A program made the position numbers and the translations under genes. The notes beneath the pieces are model-generated. The model did not search any database. It saw only the letters and a list, made by a program, of their open reading frames with translations, and was not told where the DNA came from. From the NCBI GenBank assembly GCA_963783305.1, contig CAWAMW010000016.1:480001-544000 (forward strand): 64,000 nt of DNA. The letters run 5' to 3'. This DNA comes from an uncultured Gemmatimonadales bacterium (lineage in GTDB: Bacteria > Gemmatimonadota > Gemmatimonadetes > Longimicrobiales > RSA9). Positions 7,897 to 16,946 of this stretch are shown here, piece after piece. Every line of letters begins with the position of its first letter. Positions within the stretch are counted from its first letter, which is position 1.

Positions 7897-9567
7897 TTAC
7901 ATCTCCCGGTACTTCGGCCCGCTCCCGCCCTCCCGCGGCGTCCAGCGGGGCCCCAGCACGTCAGTGGCCTTGCAGTCGATGCAGTTGGGGGCGTTGATCA
8001 CGAGGTTGCCATCCTCGTCCTGCTCGTATACGCCGGCGGGGCAGAGGTGGACGTACAGCTCCGCCACCTCTGGCGGGACATCCTCCGCCGCGATCAGGTG
8101 GGGCGGAATGTCGTCGCGGGTCTGGTTGCCGGACTTGAACACCGCGTCCACCTTGCTGAAGGTCAGCGCTCCGTCCGGGGCGAACCCCGCGCCCCCCGGT
8201 CCACCAGGCGCGGCGCCGTCGGCCTTCTTGGGAGCGGCCGCGTCGGCTTCCATGTCGATGGTTCCCCCGGGGAACCGGCCGCCCGTCACCGTCATGAGCG
8301 CCGCCTTCACGCCACCCGTGTAGAACCCGTCCTTGAAGGCCGGCCGCATGTTCCGCGTCTTCCGCAGGTCGCTCAGGATGAACGATTCGTTCACGAGCGT
8401 GTCGTAGCGGGCGAGGGTGGCGGCGGACGTGTCATCCGCCCTGAGGGCCTCGTGGATCGCCCGGGCGGCGAAGATCCCCGACTGGACAGCGTAGTGGATC
8501 CCCTTCAGGGAGGGCACGTCCACGAACCCGGCGGCGTCCCCCAGGATCACGACGCCGTTCCCGCTCCGGCGGCCGGGAAGCGCGTGGAAGCCGCCCTCGG
8601 GGATGGTCTTGGCGCCCCACTCCAGCATCTCGCCGCCCTCGAGGTACTCGCGGAAGAGCGGGTGGGTCTTCATGCGCTGGAAGAGGACGTGCGGATCGAG
8701 GGTGGTGTCGTGATAATCGAGACCGACGACCAGCCCGATGGCCACGCGGTTCTCCGCGAGTGGGTACATGAAGCTGCCACCGAAAGCGTCGTTCGGGAGC
8801 GGCCAGCCCATGGTGTGGATGACGGCATCGAGCGGCTTCTTCGTCTCCCATACCTCCTTGACGCCGAGCGCGAAGATCTGGGGGTTCTCGGAGCCTACGC
8901 CCTGCCAGTCGAGGTACGCCTGGCTGAGCGGCCCGCGCGTGCCCTCGGCCAGCGCCGTGACCCGGGCGAGCACGTCTGTCGGGGGCATGTGCCCGGCGCC
9001 GGCGTTGCCCTCGCGGTCCAGTCCGGTGGCGACGGTGCGGACGCCGGCGATGCGGTCGTCATCGACGAGCATGGACTGGACGGCGAAGCCGGTGAAAATG
9101 TTGACGCCCGCGGCCTCCGCCTTCTCGCCCATCCAGCGAACCACCTCGGAGATGGAGGCGATGTGGTTGCCGTGGTTCCGCATGGGCGGCGGAGTGGGAA
9201 TCCGGGTGGAGCCGCCCTCGCGCAGGACGTAGACGCGCTCGTTGTCCACCCGTCCCCGGAATGGAAAGTCGTCCTCCGACAGGTCGGGGAAGAGCTCCCG
9301 GAAGGGGCCCGGTTTGATGACGGCTCCGGAGAGGTTGTGCTCGCCGAGCGACTCGGCCTTCTCGAGGACCGCGATCTCGAGGTCGTCCATGTCGTCATCG
9401 GCGGCCACGAGCCTGGCCAGCTCGATGGCGCACGCCAGCCCTGCGGGGCCCCCGCCGACGATGGCGACGTCCATGGGCACCGCCTCGTCGTCCGGCGCCT
9501 CCCGGAGGAGGAGCTGGTCCTTGGGCAGCGGCGGCTGGTACTTCAGCGGGACGATCTCGTGCGACAT
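7897..9567 (-). CDS. electron transfer flavoprotein-quinone oxidoreductase (ETF-QO)
   Basis: DVAIVGGGPAGLA, LAEGTRG, ALGVKEVWE, GWPL, GAKTIPEGG, KGIHYA, CPAGVYE, NCIDCK and EGGSGP motifs; adjacent to etfAB. Confidence 0.93.
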   Translation of the reverse strand: MSHEIVPLKYQPPLPKDQLLLREAPDDEAVPMDVAIVGGGPAGLACAIELARLVAADDDMDDLEIAVLEKAESLGEHNLSGAVIKPGPFRELFPDLSEDDFPFRGRVDNERVYVLREGGSTRIPTPPPMRNHGNHIASISEVVRWMGEKAEAAGVNIFTGFAVQSMLVDDDRIAGVRTVATGLDREGNAGAGHMPPTDVLARVTALAEGTRGPLSQAYLDWQGVGSENPQIFALGVKEVWETKKPLDAVIHTMGWPLPNDAFGGSFMYPLAENRVAIGLVVGLDYHDTTLDPHVLFQRMKTHPLFREYLEGGEMLEWGAKTIPEGGFHALPGRRSGNGVVILGDAAGFVDVPSLKGIHYAVQSGIFAARAIHEALRADDTSAATLARYDTLVNESFILSDLRKTRNMRPAFKDGFYTGGVKAALMTVTGGRFPGGTIDMEADAAAPKKADGAAPGGPGGAGFAPDGALTFSKVDAVFKSGNQTRDDIPPHLIAAEDVPPEVAELYVHLCPAGVYEQDEDGNLVINAPNCIDCKATDVLGPRWTPREGGSGPKYREM

Positions 9568-9679
9568 GGTCGGTCGGGATTCGGGAATCGGAGTCGGAAC
9601 TCGGTGTCGACGCCGGCATCGGCGTCCCGCGTATCTTCGGGCGCCGACGTGCGAGAATCAAGTGGACGCGCGGAGCCCG

Positions 9680-10981
9680 CTATCCGGGTAGTGCGTACTC
9701 GCCGACCGCGCGGTCGGGCGGGCCGAGGGCCATGGCGACGCCGCGCTCGCCCGGTTCCACGCCACGGCGACCCTCGGGCACGACGAAGAGCGCATCCGCC
9801 TTCGTCATGGAGGTCAGGATCCCGGAGCCCTGGGGGCCGGCTGGGCGCGCGCGGGGGAGCGGGTCGCCGGGCTCGAGGATCACGCGCTGGAAGTGGGTCT
9901 TGTCGGGCTTGGACGGGATCCGCTCCAGCGCCTCCACGGGGAAGACGGCGTTGTGGACCGCGATCCGGCCCAGCATGCGCCTGAGCGGCGGCCGCACCAG
10001 CACCATGAACGTGGCCAGGGCGGAGACGGGGTTGCCCGGGAGCCCCCAGACGGGAAGCGGACGCCGGCCGGGGCGGGGCAGAGAGCCCAGCGAGGCCGGG
10101 CTGCCCGGTCGCATGCGGATGCGCCAGAAGTCGGGGACAAAGCCCAGCGCTTCCAGCACGTCCTTCACGCGATCGTGCTCCCCCACGGAGGCGCCCGCGG
10201 AGGTGATCAGCATGTCCGCATCCAGTCCTGCCTCGACCCTTGCGCGGATGTCGGCGGGGTCGTCGCGCGCGATCCCGAGGAGCCTCGGAACGCACCCCAT
10301 GGCGGCCACGGCCCCCAGGAGCGAATAGCTGTTCGAGTTCACGATCTTCCGACCCGCTCGCACCTGCTCATACTCGTCGAGACCCGCCAGCTCGTCACCA
10401 TTGCTCAGGATGGCGACGACGGGGCGCCGGACCACGCGGGGGTGTCCCACCCCCACCGTCGCCAGCACTCCCATGGCCGCAGGGCCGATGGCGAGGCCCG
10501 CACCCAGGGCGCGCTCGCCCGCGCGGAGGTCCTCGCCGCGGCGGCGGATGTTCGATCCGGCGTCCCGGTCGCGGCGCACCGCCACCACCTCGGTTCCCGC
10601 GTCGGTGTGCTCCACCCGCACAACGGAGTCGGCCCCCTCCGGTGTAGGCGCGCCGGTCATGATGCGGGCCGCTTCGCCCGGGCCCAGGGCGCGGGAGGGG
10701 AAGCCGCCGGCGGGGATGTCATCGACGACGGTGAGCCGAACCGGCGCGTCGTCGCTCGCGCCGCGGATGTCCTCTGCCCGCGCCGCGTAGCCGTCCATGG
10801 CGCTGTTGTCCCACGGCGGCTGGTGGATGGGCGAGGCGACATGCTCGGCGAGAACCCGGCCGAGCGCCTCCTCCAGCGGCACCGACTCGGACTCGAGGGG
10901 CTCCACGGCCGCGAGACCTCGCTCCACCGCCTCACGGACGGAGAGCCAGTCGGGGGTGCGGTGGGACCAGTCGATCGTCAA
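9680..10981 (-). CDS. moeA: molybdopterin molybdotransferase (gephyrin-like)
   Basis: PPWDNSAMDGYA, IMTGAP, SNGDEL, SVGEHD and GLPGNPVS motifs. Confidence 0.95.
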   Translation of the reverse strand: MTIDWSHRTPDWLSVREAVERGLAAVEPLESESVPLEEALGRVLAEHVASPIHQPPWDNSAMDGYAARAEDIRGASDDAPVRLTVVDDIPAGGFPSRALGPGEAARIMTGAPTPEGADSVVRVEHTDAGTEVVAVRRDRDAGSNIRRRGEDLRAGERALGAGLAIGPAAMGVLATVGVGHPRVVRRPVVAILSNGDELAGLDEYEQVRAGRKIVNSNSYSLLGAVAAMGCVPRLLGIARDDPADIRARVEAGLDADMLITSAGASVGEHDRVKDVLEALGFVPDFWRIRMRPGSPASLGSLPRPGRRPLPVWGLPGNPVSALATFMVLVRPPLRRMLGRIAVHNAVFPVEALERIPSKPDKTHFQRVILEPGDPLPRARPAGPQGSGILTSMTKADALFVVPEGRRGVEPGERGVAMALGPPDRAVGEYALPG

Positions 10982-11631
10982 TTCGCCCCTCCCTCCGGCC
11001 GCACCAGCCTCTCGGCCCGATCCCGCTCCTCCGGCGTGTTCACGTTCATGAAGGCGCGCTCGGGATCGCAGATCGACTCCACAGCCTCGAGCGGCACCCG
11101 TCGCACGACCACGTGGTCATGGAATCCGATCATCCGGCGGTCGCCTTCTTCGAGGGCCAATTCGATGGCGGGCAGGCACCCGACGCCGTACGCCGCGAAC
11201 AGCGGCTCGATTCCCCGGCGGCCGCCGCTCTCCGGAACCACCACGTCAGGACGCGGCTCGCCGGAGGCGAAGGCCTCGTCCGCCAGCCGTCGCAGAAGAG
11301 GCACGCACGGGAAGGGCATGTCACAGGCCACCGCCAGGATCCCCGGACGCCCCTCATCGCGGGCGCGTGTGAGCGCCGTGTGGAGACCGCCGAGGGCGCC
11401 GAGTCCAGGACGCACGTCCGGGTACGCCGGCAGCGCCAGATCTCCGAAAAGCTCCGGCTCGTTGGCGGACAGGATCACATCGCTCACGACCTCCCGCAGC
11501 GCGCTCACCACCCGGTCGATGATTCGGGCCCCGCCCACTTCGGCCAGCGCCTTGGGCGACCCGTAGCGCCGGCTCTCGCCGCCCGCCAGCACCACACCGA
11601 GCGGTGTGGCCGCGGATTCAGACCCCGGCAT
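10978..11631 (-). CDS. mobA: molybdenum cofactor guanylyltransferase
   Basis: VLAGGESRRYGSPKAL, GALGGL, ACDMPF, EPLFAAY and NVNTPEE motifs; start placed at ATG 11631. Confidence 0.93.
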   Translation of the reverse strand: MPGSESAATPLGVVLAGGESRRYGSPKALAEVGGARIIDRVVSALREVVSDVILSANEPELFGDLALPAYPDVRPGLGALGGLHTALTRARDEGRPGILAVACDMPFPCVPLLRRLADEAFASGEPRPDVVVPESGGRRGIEPLFAAYGVGCLPAIELALEEGDRRMIGFHDHVVVRRVPLEAVESICDPERAFMNVNTPEERDRAERLVRPEGGAN

Positions 11632-12364
11632 CGAATACCCTCGCCTCCCTGCCCGCCGCGCGCGCCACCACCACCAGTCCTGCCGCTCGTGCGATCTCGA
11701 GGGCCATGGTGGTCGGCACGGACCGGCTCGCGATCCAGGCCAGGCGCGAGCGGGCCGCTTTCTCCGCAATCTCGGCGCTGATCCTCGCGGTGGTCACGAG
11801 TCCCAGCTCGGTCAGGTCGTCGCCCGCCAGGAGGGCGCCGCCAATGGCCTTGTCGACGGCGTTGTGCCGGCCGACCTCCTCGTGATCGTGGAGCAGCCGA
11901 GCCCCGTCACAGAGCGCGGCGGTGTGATGTCCACCCGTGGTCCGCCGCGATGGGGATCTTTCGAACAGCTCCCGGAACAGGTCGGGGAACGCCTCGATCG
12001 ACGGCGGCGCCCCCATCTCTACGGCGTCGCCGCTGGCGTGCGCGATGAGGTCGGGGCGGCAGTCCAGGACGAACCGAATGCCGCAGCCGTGCTCCCGCCT
12101 GTGCTCCCATTCACTGCGGCCCGCGGAAACGCCCGCCGCGGTGACGCGGGCGCGGATGCCGTGTATGCCGTCGGTCACGGGGATCTCGGTCACCTCCTCC
12201 AGGTCCTCGGGCGCGCGGAGGTACCCCATGGCGGCGAGCCTGCCGGCGCCCAGCGGCTCGAGGGCGGCGGGCGAGCAGGTCCAGGTAGCCACGGGCTCAT
12301 CATTCACCCAGAGGCGCACCGGCACCTCGGGCACGGCTTCGGTCGAGCGTTCGGTTCGGTCCAT
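11618..12364 (-). CDS. fdhD: formate dehydrogenase accessory sulfurtransferase FdhD
   Basis: TGGHHTAAL, EEVGRHNAVDKAIG, TARISAEIAEKA and SRSVPT motifs. Confidence 0.9.
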   Translation of the reverse strand: MDRTERSTEAVPEVPVRLWVNDEPVATWTCSPAALEPLGAGRLAAMGYLRAPEDLEEVTEIPVTDGIHGIRARVTAAGVSAGRSEWEHRREHGCGIRFVLDCRPDLIAHASGDAVEMGAPPSIEAFPDLFRELFERSPSRRTTGGHHTAALCDGARLLHDHEEVGRHNAVDKAIGGALLAGDDLTELGLVTTARISAEIAEKAARSRLAWIASRSVPTTMALEIARAAGLVVVARAAGREARVFDAGV

Positions 12365-12394
12365 GGGCGAGAATACGGCGATGTCGCGGTCGCC

Positions 12395-13507
12395 TCAAGC
12401 CGGGCGGTCCGGGCGCCCGCCGGCCATGGCGTCGGACGGGTACACGCTGAGCGCGGCGGTCTTGAGCAGTGCGGTGATCGTGGCGCCCGGCCGGAGCTCG
12501 AGGCGCTCGGCGCTGCTGCGCGTGAGGAGCGCGGCGAGGGTGACGGGCCCGGTGAGTCGCACACGGATGAGACCTCCCACCGGCTTCACCGCGACCACCG
12601 TCAGCCGAAGGCGATTGCGGGCGCTCACATCGGAAGCGTCGCCCGGCGCCAGCATGACATCCTCCGGGCGGTAGCGTACGTGGACGCGACTGCCAGGGAC
12701 GGGCCCGCCACCGGTCGATCGAGCCACGAGCATGCACTCGCCGGTCCGCACGTCCAGCGTCCCGTCCCCGACCCGCTCCACCACGCCGTCCAGAAGCAGC
12801 TCCGCACCCGTGAACGCGGCAACGAAGGGAGTGGCCGGATCGGTCGTCAGCTCCTCGGGCGTGCCGACCTGAACGATCCGCCCGCTCTCCATCACGGCGA
12901 CCCGGTCCGCCAGGTCGAAGGCGTCGCCGGGGTCGTGGGTGATGAGGACCACGCTGCCTGCCCGCTCCCGCATGACCTGCCCGAGCTCCTCGCGGAACCG
13001 GCGGCGGATCGTGACGTCGAGGTTGGCCGTGGGCTCGTCCAGCATGAGCACCGCGGGCTCCAGGACCAGGGCGCGGGCCAGCGCCACCCGCTGCGCTTCG
13101 CCGCCCGACAGACGACCCACGTCCGCGTGCTGCAGCGCCTCCAGACCCAGACCGGCCACGGTCCCGCCGATCCTCGCCGCCCATTCGGTCCGCGGTACGC
13201 CCGAGGCCCTCAGCCCGAACTGGAGGTTGTCCATTACGGTGCCCTGGAACAGGTAGGGGTTCTGAAACACGCCCACGAGACGACGACGCGCCCGCTCGTC
13301 TCCCGGCGAGAACGGCGCGCCGTTCAGCCGCAGCTCGCCGGCGTCCGGCCGCTCGAGGCCCAGGAGGATGCGGAACAGCGTCGACTTCCCCGCGCCGTTC
13401 GGCCCCAGCACCGCCACCACCTCACCGCGGCGGATCTGGAGATAGTCCACCGACACGACCTCACGGCCACCATACCGACGCGTCAGTCCCCGCGCCTCCA
13501 GCAGCAT
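12395..13507 (-). CDS. tupC: tungstate/molybdate ABC transporter ATP-binding protein with C-terminal TOBE domains
   Basis: GPNGAGKST, LSGGEAQRVALARAL and DEPTANLD motifs; TOBE-like C-terminus; operon context (start could extend to 13561). Confidence 0.85.
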   Translation of the reverse strand: MLLEARGLTRRYGGREVVSVDYLQIRRGEVVAVLGPNGAGKSTLFRILLGLERPDAGELRLNGAPFSPGDERARRRLVGVFQNPYLFQGTVMDNLQFGLRASGVPRTEWAARIGGTVAGLGLEALQHADVGRLSGGEAQRVALARALVLEPAVLMLDEPTANLDVTIRRRFREELGQVMRERAGSVVLITHDPGDAFDLADRVAVMESGRIVQVGTPEELTTDPATPFVAAFTGAELLLDGVVERVGDGTLDVRTGECMLVARSTGGGPVPGSRVHVRYRPEDVMLAPGDASDVSARNRLRLTVVAVKPVGGLIRVRLTGPVTLAALLTRSSAERLELRPGATITALLKTAALSVYPSDAMAGGRPDRPA

Positions 13508-13524
13508 AGCCGACGCCCCCGGCG

Positions 13525-14250
13525 TCACGCCCACGGGCGCTCCATGGAGCTTCGTCTCCACGCCGGCCCCTGCTGGACCCGCGTCAGAAGCAGGTTCACC
13601 AGCAGGACGATGGCGAGCAGGATGAACCCCAGGGCCATGGCGGTCTCGAAGTTCCCGCGCCGGGTCTCCAGCACGATGGCGGTGGTCAGGACCCGGGTCT
13701 CCCCCGCGATGTTGCCGCCGACCATCATGGCGGCACCCACTTCGGAGATGACGGCGCCGAACCCGGCGATCAGTGCCGCCAGTATGCCCAGGCGCGCTTC
13801 ACGGACCTGCATCCAGAGGGCGCGAGTGCGCCCGGCGCCCAGGGCCCGCGCCTGGAGGCGAACGTCCTGGGGTACCGCCTGGACCGCGGCGAGGCTTACC
13901 CCCGCCACGTACGGCGAGGCGAGGAGCGCCTGGGCAACGACCATGGCGGTGGAGCTGAACAGCAGCTCCAGGCCGCCGACAGGGCCCTGTCGCGAGAGGA
14001 ACAGGTACACGAACAGTCCCACCACCACGGGCGGAAGCGCGAACCCGGTGTAGACCAGCGCCACCAGGAAACGGCGGCCGGGGAACCGGGAAACGCCCAG
14101 GAAAATGCCCACCGGGAGTCCCAGCGCGATGGCGAGCACCATGGCGCCGCCCGACACCTGTACGCTTCGACCCAGGATCTGGAAGACATAGCCGTCCAGG
14201 GCGACGATCATCCGCAGGGCATCGATCAGCGCATCCAGGATGAGGTCCAT
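13525..14250 (-). CDS. tupB: tungstate ABC transporter permease
   Basis: LPPVVVGLFVYL, GFGAVISEVGAAMMVGGNI and TRVLTTAIVLET TupB signatures. Confidence 0.9.
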   Translation of the reverse strand: MDLILDALIDALRMIVALDGYVFQILGRSVQVSGGAMVLAIALGLPVGIFLGVSRFPGRRFLVALVYTGFALPPVVVGLFVYLFLSRQGPVGGLELLFSSTAMVVAQALLASPYVAGVSLAAVQAVPQDVRLQARALGAGRTRALWMQVREARLGILAALIAGFGAVISEVGAAMMVGGNIAGETRVLTTAIVLETRRGNFETAMALGFILLAIVLLVNLLLTRVQQGPAWRRSSMERPWA

Positions 14251-15078
14251 TTACTCTGTCCCGCCGCTCGCGCCCGGCAGGAACAGCGGAGCGCCGAAGC
14301 GGTCCGCTCCGTACTGCGAGATCACCTCCTGCCCCGGGCCCGTAAGCCAATCCACGAAATCGCGAGCTCCTTCTCCGGGTGGTCCGGCCGGAAGCGTGTA
14401 CTGGTACGCGTTCACCTCCGGCGGCTCCCCGCGCGCCAGCGGTTCGAGATCCAGCCCTTCCGAGAGATGGAGGAGTGTGCCGCTGTCCGTGAGGACGTAC
14501 GCGCCTCTCTGGTCGGCCATGCGGAGCGCTTCCGCCATGCCCAGCCCCGCTTCCACATACCACCGTGCCCGCCGCAGGGAGTCGACCACGCCCGCCCGGC
14601 GCCAGAGCTCCAGCTCCCTGCGATGCGTGCCCGAGTCGTCACCGCGGGAGACGAAAAGGGCGCCCGCGGCGGCGATCCGCTCCAGCGCCTGCGCCTCATC
14701 CGTCGAGCCGGCGATCCCGGCCGGATCGCCCGGAGGACCGGCGATCACGAACTCGTTGTGCATCACCGGCCCCTGCTCGGCACCATGCCCGGCGGCCATG
14801 AAGGCCGCTTCGCCCGTCGGATCGTGCGTGAGCAGGACGTCGGCGTCCCCGCGTCGCCCTGTCTCCAGCGCGGCGCCGGACCCCACGGCCGTCGTCACGA
14901 GCCGAAACCGGTCCTGTGAAGCGTGGTAGGCGCGCGTGAGCACGTCCAGGAGCCCCGAGTCCTCCACGGTGGTGGTGGTGACCAGCAGGACGCGCTCGGT
15001 GTCGTTTGCCGCGCGCGCACAGCCGAAGAGGACCAGGGTGGCGAGGGCCAGGAGAAGGGCCAGTGGGTGTCGGAGCAT
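14251..15078 (-). CDS. tupA: tungstate ABC transporter substrate-binding lipoprotein
   Basis: Lipobox LFGC; TTTT-x-x-DSGLL, VGSGAAL, DADVLLTH and SRGDDSGTH motifs. Confidence 0.88.
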   Translation of the reverse strand: MLRHPLALLLALATLVLFGCARAANDTERVLLVTTTTVEDSGLLDVLTRAYHASQDRFRLVTTAVGSGAALETGRRGDADVLLTHDPTGEAAFMAAGHGAEQGPVMHNEFVIAGPPGDPAGIAGSTDEAQALERIAAAGALFVSRGDDSGTHRRELELWRRAGVVDSLRRARWYVEAGLGMAEALRMADQRGAYVLTDSGTLLHLSEGLDLEPLARGEPPEVNAYQYTLPAGPPGEGARDFVDWLTGPGQEVISQYGADRFGAPLFLPGASGGTE

Positions 15079-15084
15079 GCAGGG

Positions 15085-15113
15085 ATGTTGTCCCGGGGGC
15101 GGGGCACGGGCAA
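15085..15113 (-). promoter_or_regulatory. possible sigma70 promoter giving a leaderless tupA mRNA
   Basis: TTGCCC-17 nt-CAACAT-6 nt-ATG; no Shine-Dalgarno sequence. Confidence 0.4.
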
Positions 15114-15412
15114 GGGATGGCCTCTGGGGCGCCAGCCGTTCCATGGAGGTTCGCGCTCCGGGCGGTCGGGGCGGTCTCGGGCGGTCCGAGCGCCGGGGCG
15201 GTGTTCCCGCTCCGGCGCTCGATCCTCACGGGTAGGCGTCGCAGGGTACGCGGAGGGGCCAGTGGGAATCGTTGCTTCTGGTAGTTCGAGTGGCCGGGGG
15301 GGTTCGGGGAGGTCGCGCCTCCGGGGAACACCGCGCCTCCCTGACGCTATCGGAATGCATGGGGAGGGGGACCGGCGGTCCCCATACCGTCCCACGACGC
15401 GCCATCCGACGA

Positions 15413-15492
15413 CGCACGAGCGCCCGGCAGGCGCCGGACTCGCACGAGCTTCCTGCAGGCGCCGGACTCGCACGAGCTTCCGGCAGGCGCCG
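15413..15492. repeat. 28-bp tandem direct repeat, about 3 copies (CGCACGAGCTTCCKGCAGGCGCCGGACT)
   Basis: Units at 15413-15440, 15441-15468 and 15469-15492 (partial). Confidence 0.9.
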
Positions 15493-15502
15493 CGGAGTGG
15501 GG

Positions 15503-15988
15503 TCAGTGTCGCTCGCCGCCCTCGATGCCCGTCTGCGTGGGACCCTCGGGCGGCGTGTAGGTCTTGCCTTCCTGGATCGCCGTCTGCGGATCGCGGGTGC
15601 CGTACATCTCGCCCGCGTCGTCGGGCTGGAGGTGCTCGGCGGTGTCAGTCGTGGTCTTGCCGCTCTCACCCAGCGCGGCGTTCGCGGCGACATCCTCGGC
15701 CCGGGCGTCGTCGGCGGCGTCCGCGCGCTGCGCACGGGCATTCGGGTCCACCACGACGTTGTTGTCGAAATCGGTGGCGCCTAGGAAGCTCAGGACCTGG
15801 TCGACGTGCTGTCGCTCGCCATCGGTCCCGACGCGACCTTCCACCGTGACGTGACCGTCCCGGACCTCCACGTCCACCGTATCCACGTTGAAGTCCGCGT
15901 CCTCGTCCAGCCGTTCGCGGATGAGCTCCTCGATGTCGCCGTCATCCAGCTGATCGAGGTTGATCGCGTTCTCGAAATCCCTGGCCAT
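15503..15988 (-). CDS. BON domain-containing protein (OsmY-like, very acidic)
   Basis: DGDIEELIRERL...VDVEVRDGHVTVEGRV BON signature; GGAGG RBS. Confidence 0.85.
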   Translation of the reverse strand: MARDFENAINLDQLDDGDIEELIRERLDEDADFNVDTVDVEVRDGHVTVEGRVGTDGERQHVDQVLSFLGATDFDNNVVVDPNARAQRADAADDARAEDVAANAALGESGKTTTDTAEHLQPDDAGEMYGTRDPQTAIQEGKTYTPPEGPTQTGIEGGERH

Positions 15989-16026
15989 GTGCTTCCTCCG
16001 TGATGTGGATCCCGGAGTGCATATGA

Positions 16027-16042
16027 TGCAACGGCGGTGCCG
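16027..16042 (-). promoter_or_regulatory. sigma54 (RpoN) -24/-12 promoter for the BON gene
   Basis: Minus strand CGGCACCGCCGTTGCA; exact GG-N10-GC spacing, about 40 nt before ATG. Confidence 0.72.
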
Positions 16043-16062
16043 CGCAGGGCGCGGCGGAAGGC

Positions 16063-16779
16063 TCAGAAGCGGAAGGCGAGCCCCAGGCTCACGTGTCCCG
16101 TCTGCACCCACTGATCGGCGTCGACGATCCGGGTGTCAGTGAAGAACCCGTCGGGGACGTGGATCTTCCACAGGATGTCGCGGGCATCGAGGCGCACGGA
16201 GAAGCGGTCGGAGGCGTACCACTCCACGCCCGCCCCCACGTGGCCGGTGAACCCGTTCTTGAACTCGACCGCGAGGTCCGAATCCTCCGGCAGCTCAGCG
16301 TCGAGGGCGTCGTCGGAGCTGACCTGGAGGACAGCCCCGGCCCCAATGAGGGCGTACGGCTGGAGCTTGTGCCAGGTCCGCGGGCCGGTGATGTCGAACC
16401 GGAGTGACGCATCCACCAGAAGCAGTGAGAGATCGGCCGTGCCGATCTGGTTCAGACCCACCATGGGGTCCTCGCGGACGGCCGCCGTGTCGGCGGTGGG
16501 GACCACTTCGAACACCTGACGGCTCGTGGGCATGAAGGCGGCGCGCGCGTCGAAGTTGAACGGGCCGCTCACCCGTACGCTGTAGCCGATGCCGGTGGCG
16601 TACCCCGATCCGGGCCCGATCTCGAGCGGTCCGCGGTCAGTGAAAACCGCCGAGCCGAACGCCCAGAGCGACATGGAAGGGTCCACGAAGTCATAGGGGG
16701 ACTGAATCGTCTGGGCGGCGGCCGGGGTGGCACCCAGTACCATGGCCGCCAGTAGGGCGAATGCGCTGCGCTTGATCAC
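16063..16779 (-). CDS. outer membrane beta-barrel protein
   Basis: Signal peptide ending AAAQ, alternating amphipathic strands, QPYALIGAG, GAGVEW, C-terminal GLAFRF. Confidence 0.8.
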   Translation of the reverse strand: MIKRSAFALLAAMVLGATPAAAQTIQSPYDFVDPSMSLWAFGSAVFTDRGPLEIGPGSGYATGIGYSVRVSGPFNFDARAAFMPTSRQVFEVVPTADTAAVREDPMVGLNQIGTADLSLLLVDASLRFDITGPRTWHKLQPYALIGAGAVLQVSSDDALDAELPEDSDLAVEFKNGFTGHVGAGVEWYASDRFSVRLDARDILWKIHVPDGFFTDTRIVDADQWVQTGHVSLGLAFRF

Positions 16780-16877
16780 GTGTCTCGTAGGTCTCCTGCC
16801 CGCGTCGGGACGCTCGTATGTGCGTGGCGGGAAGCTAGAGGCGGGGCCGTTGCCGCGCAACCGAGTACGTGCCCGCG

Positions 16878-16907
16878 TTGACGGCGCCATCAGGGGCCCC
16901 TTAGCTT
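16878..16907 (+). promoter_or_regulatory. sigma70-type promoter (a divergent TTGCGC-17-TAGCTT lies just upstream on the minus strand)
   Basis: TTGACG-18 nt-TAGCTT. Confidence 0.55.
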
Positions 16908-16946
16908 GCGGCGATATTCAGTCCTAAGTCGCACGTCGACACAGAG

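Noticed and set aside
15121..15400. Canonical Moco riboswitch, tRNA-Sec, SRP RNA or 6S RNA
   Set aside because: Diagnostic motifs (Moco AGGG...GAAA...CCTCCCG...GGAAAGG, tRNA T-loop and anticodon arm, SRP CAGG...GGAAGCAGC) were not found.
15413..15492. CRISPR-like 28-bp repeats
   Set aside because: Head-to-tail copies with no spacers.
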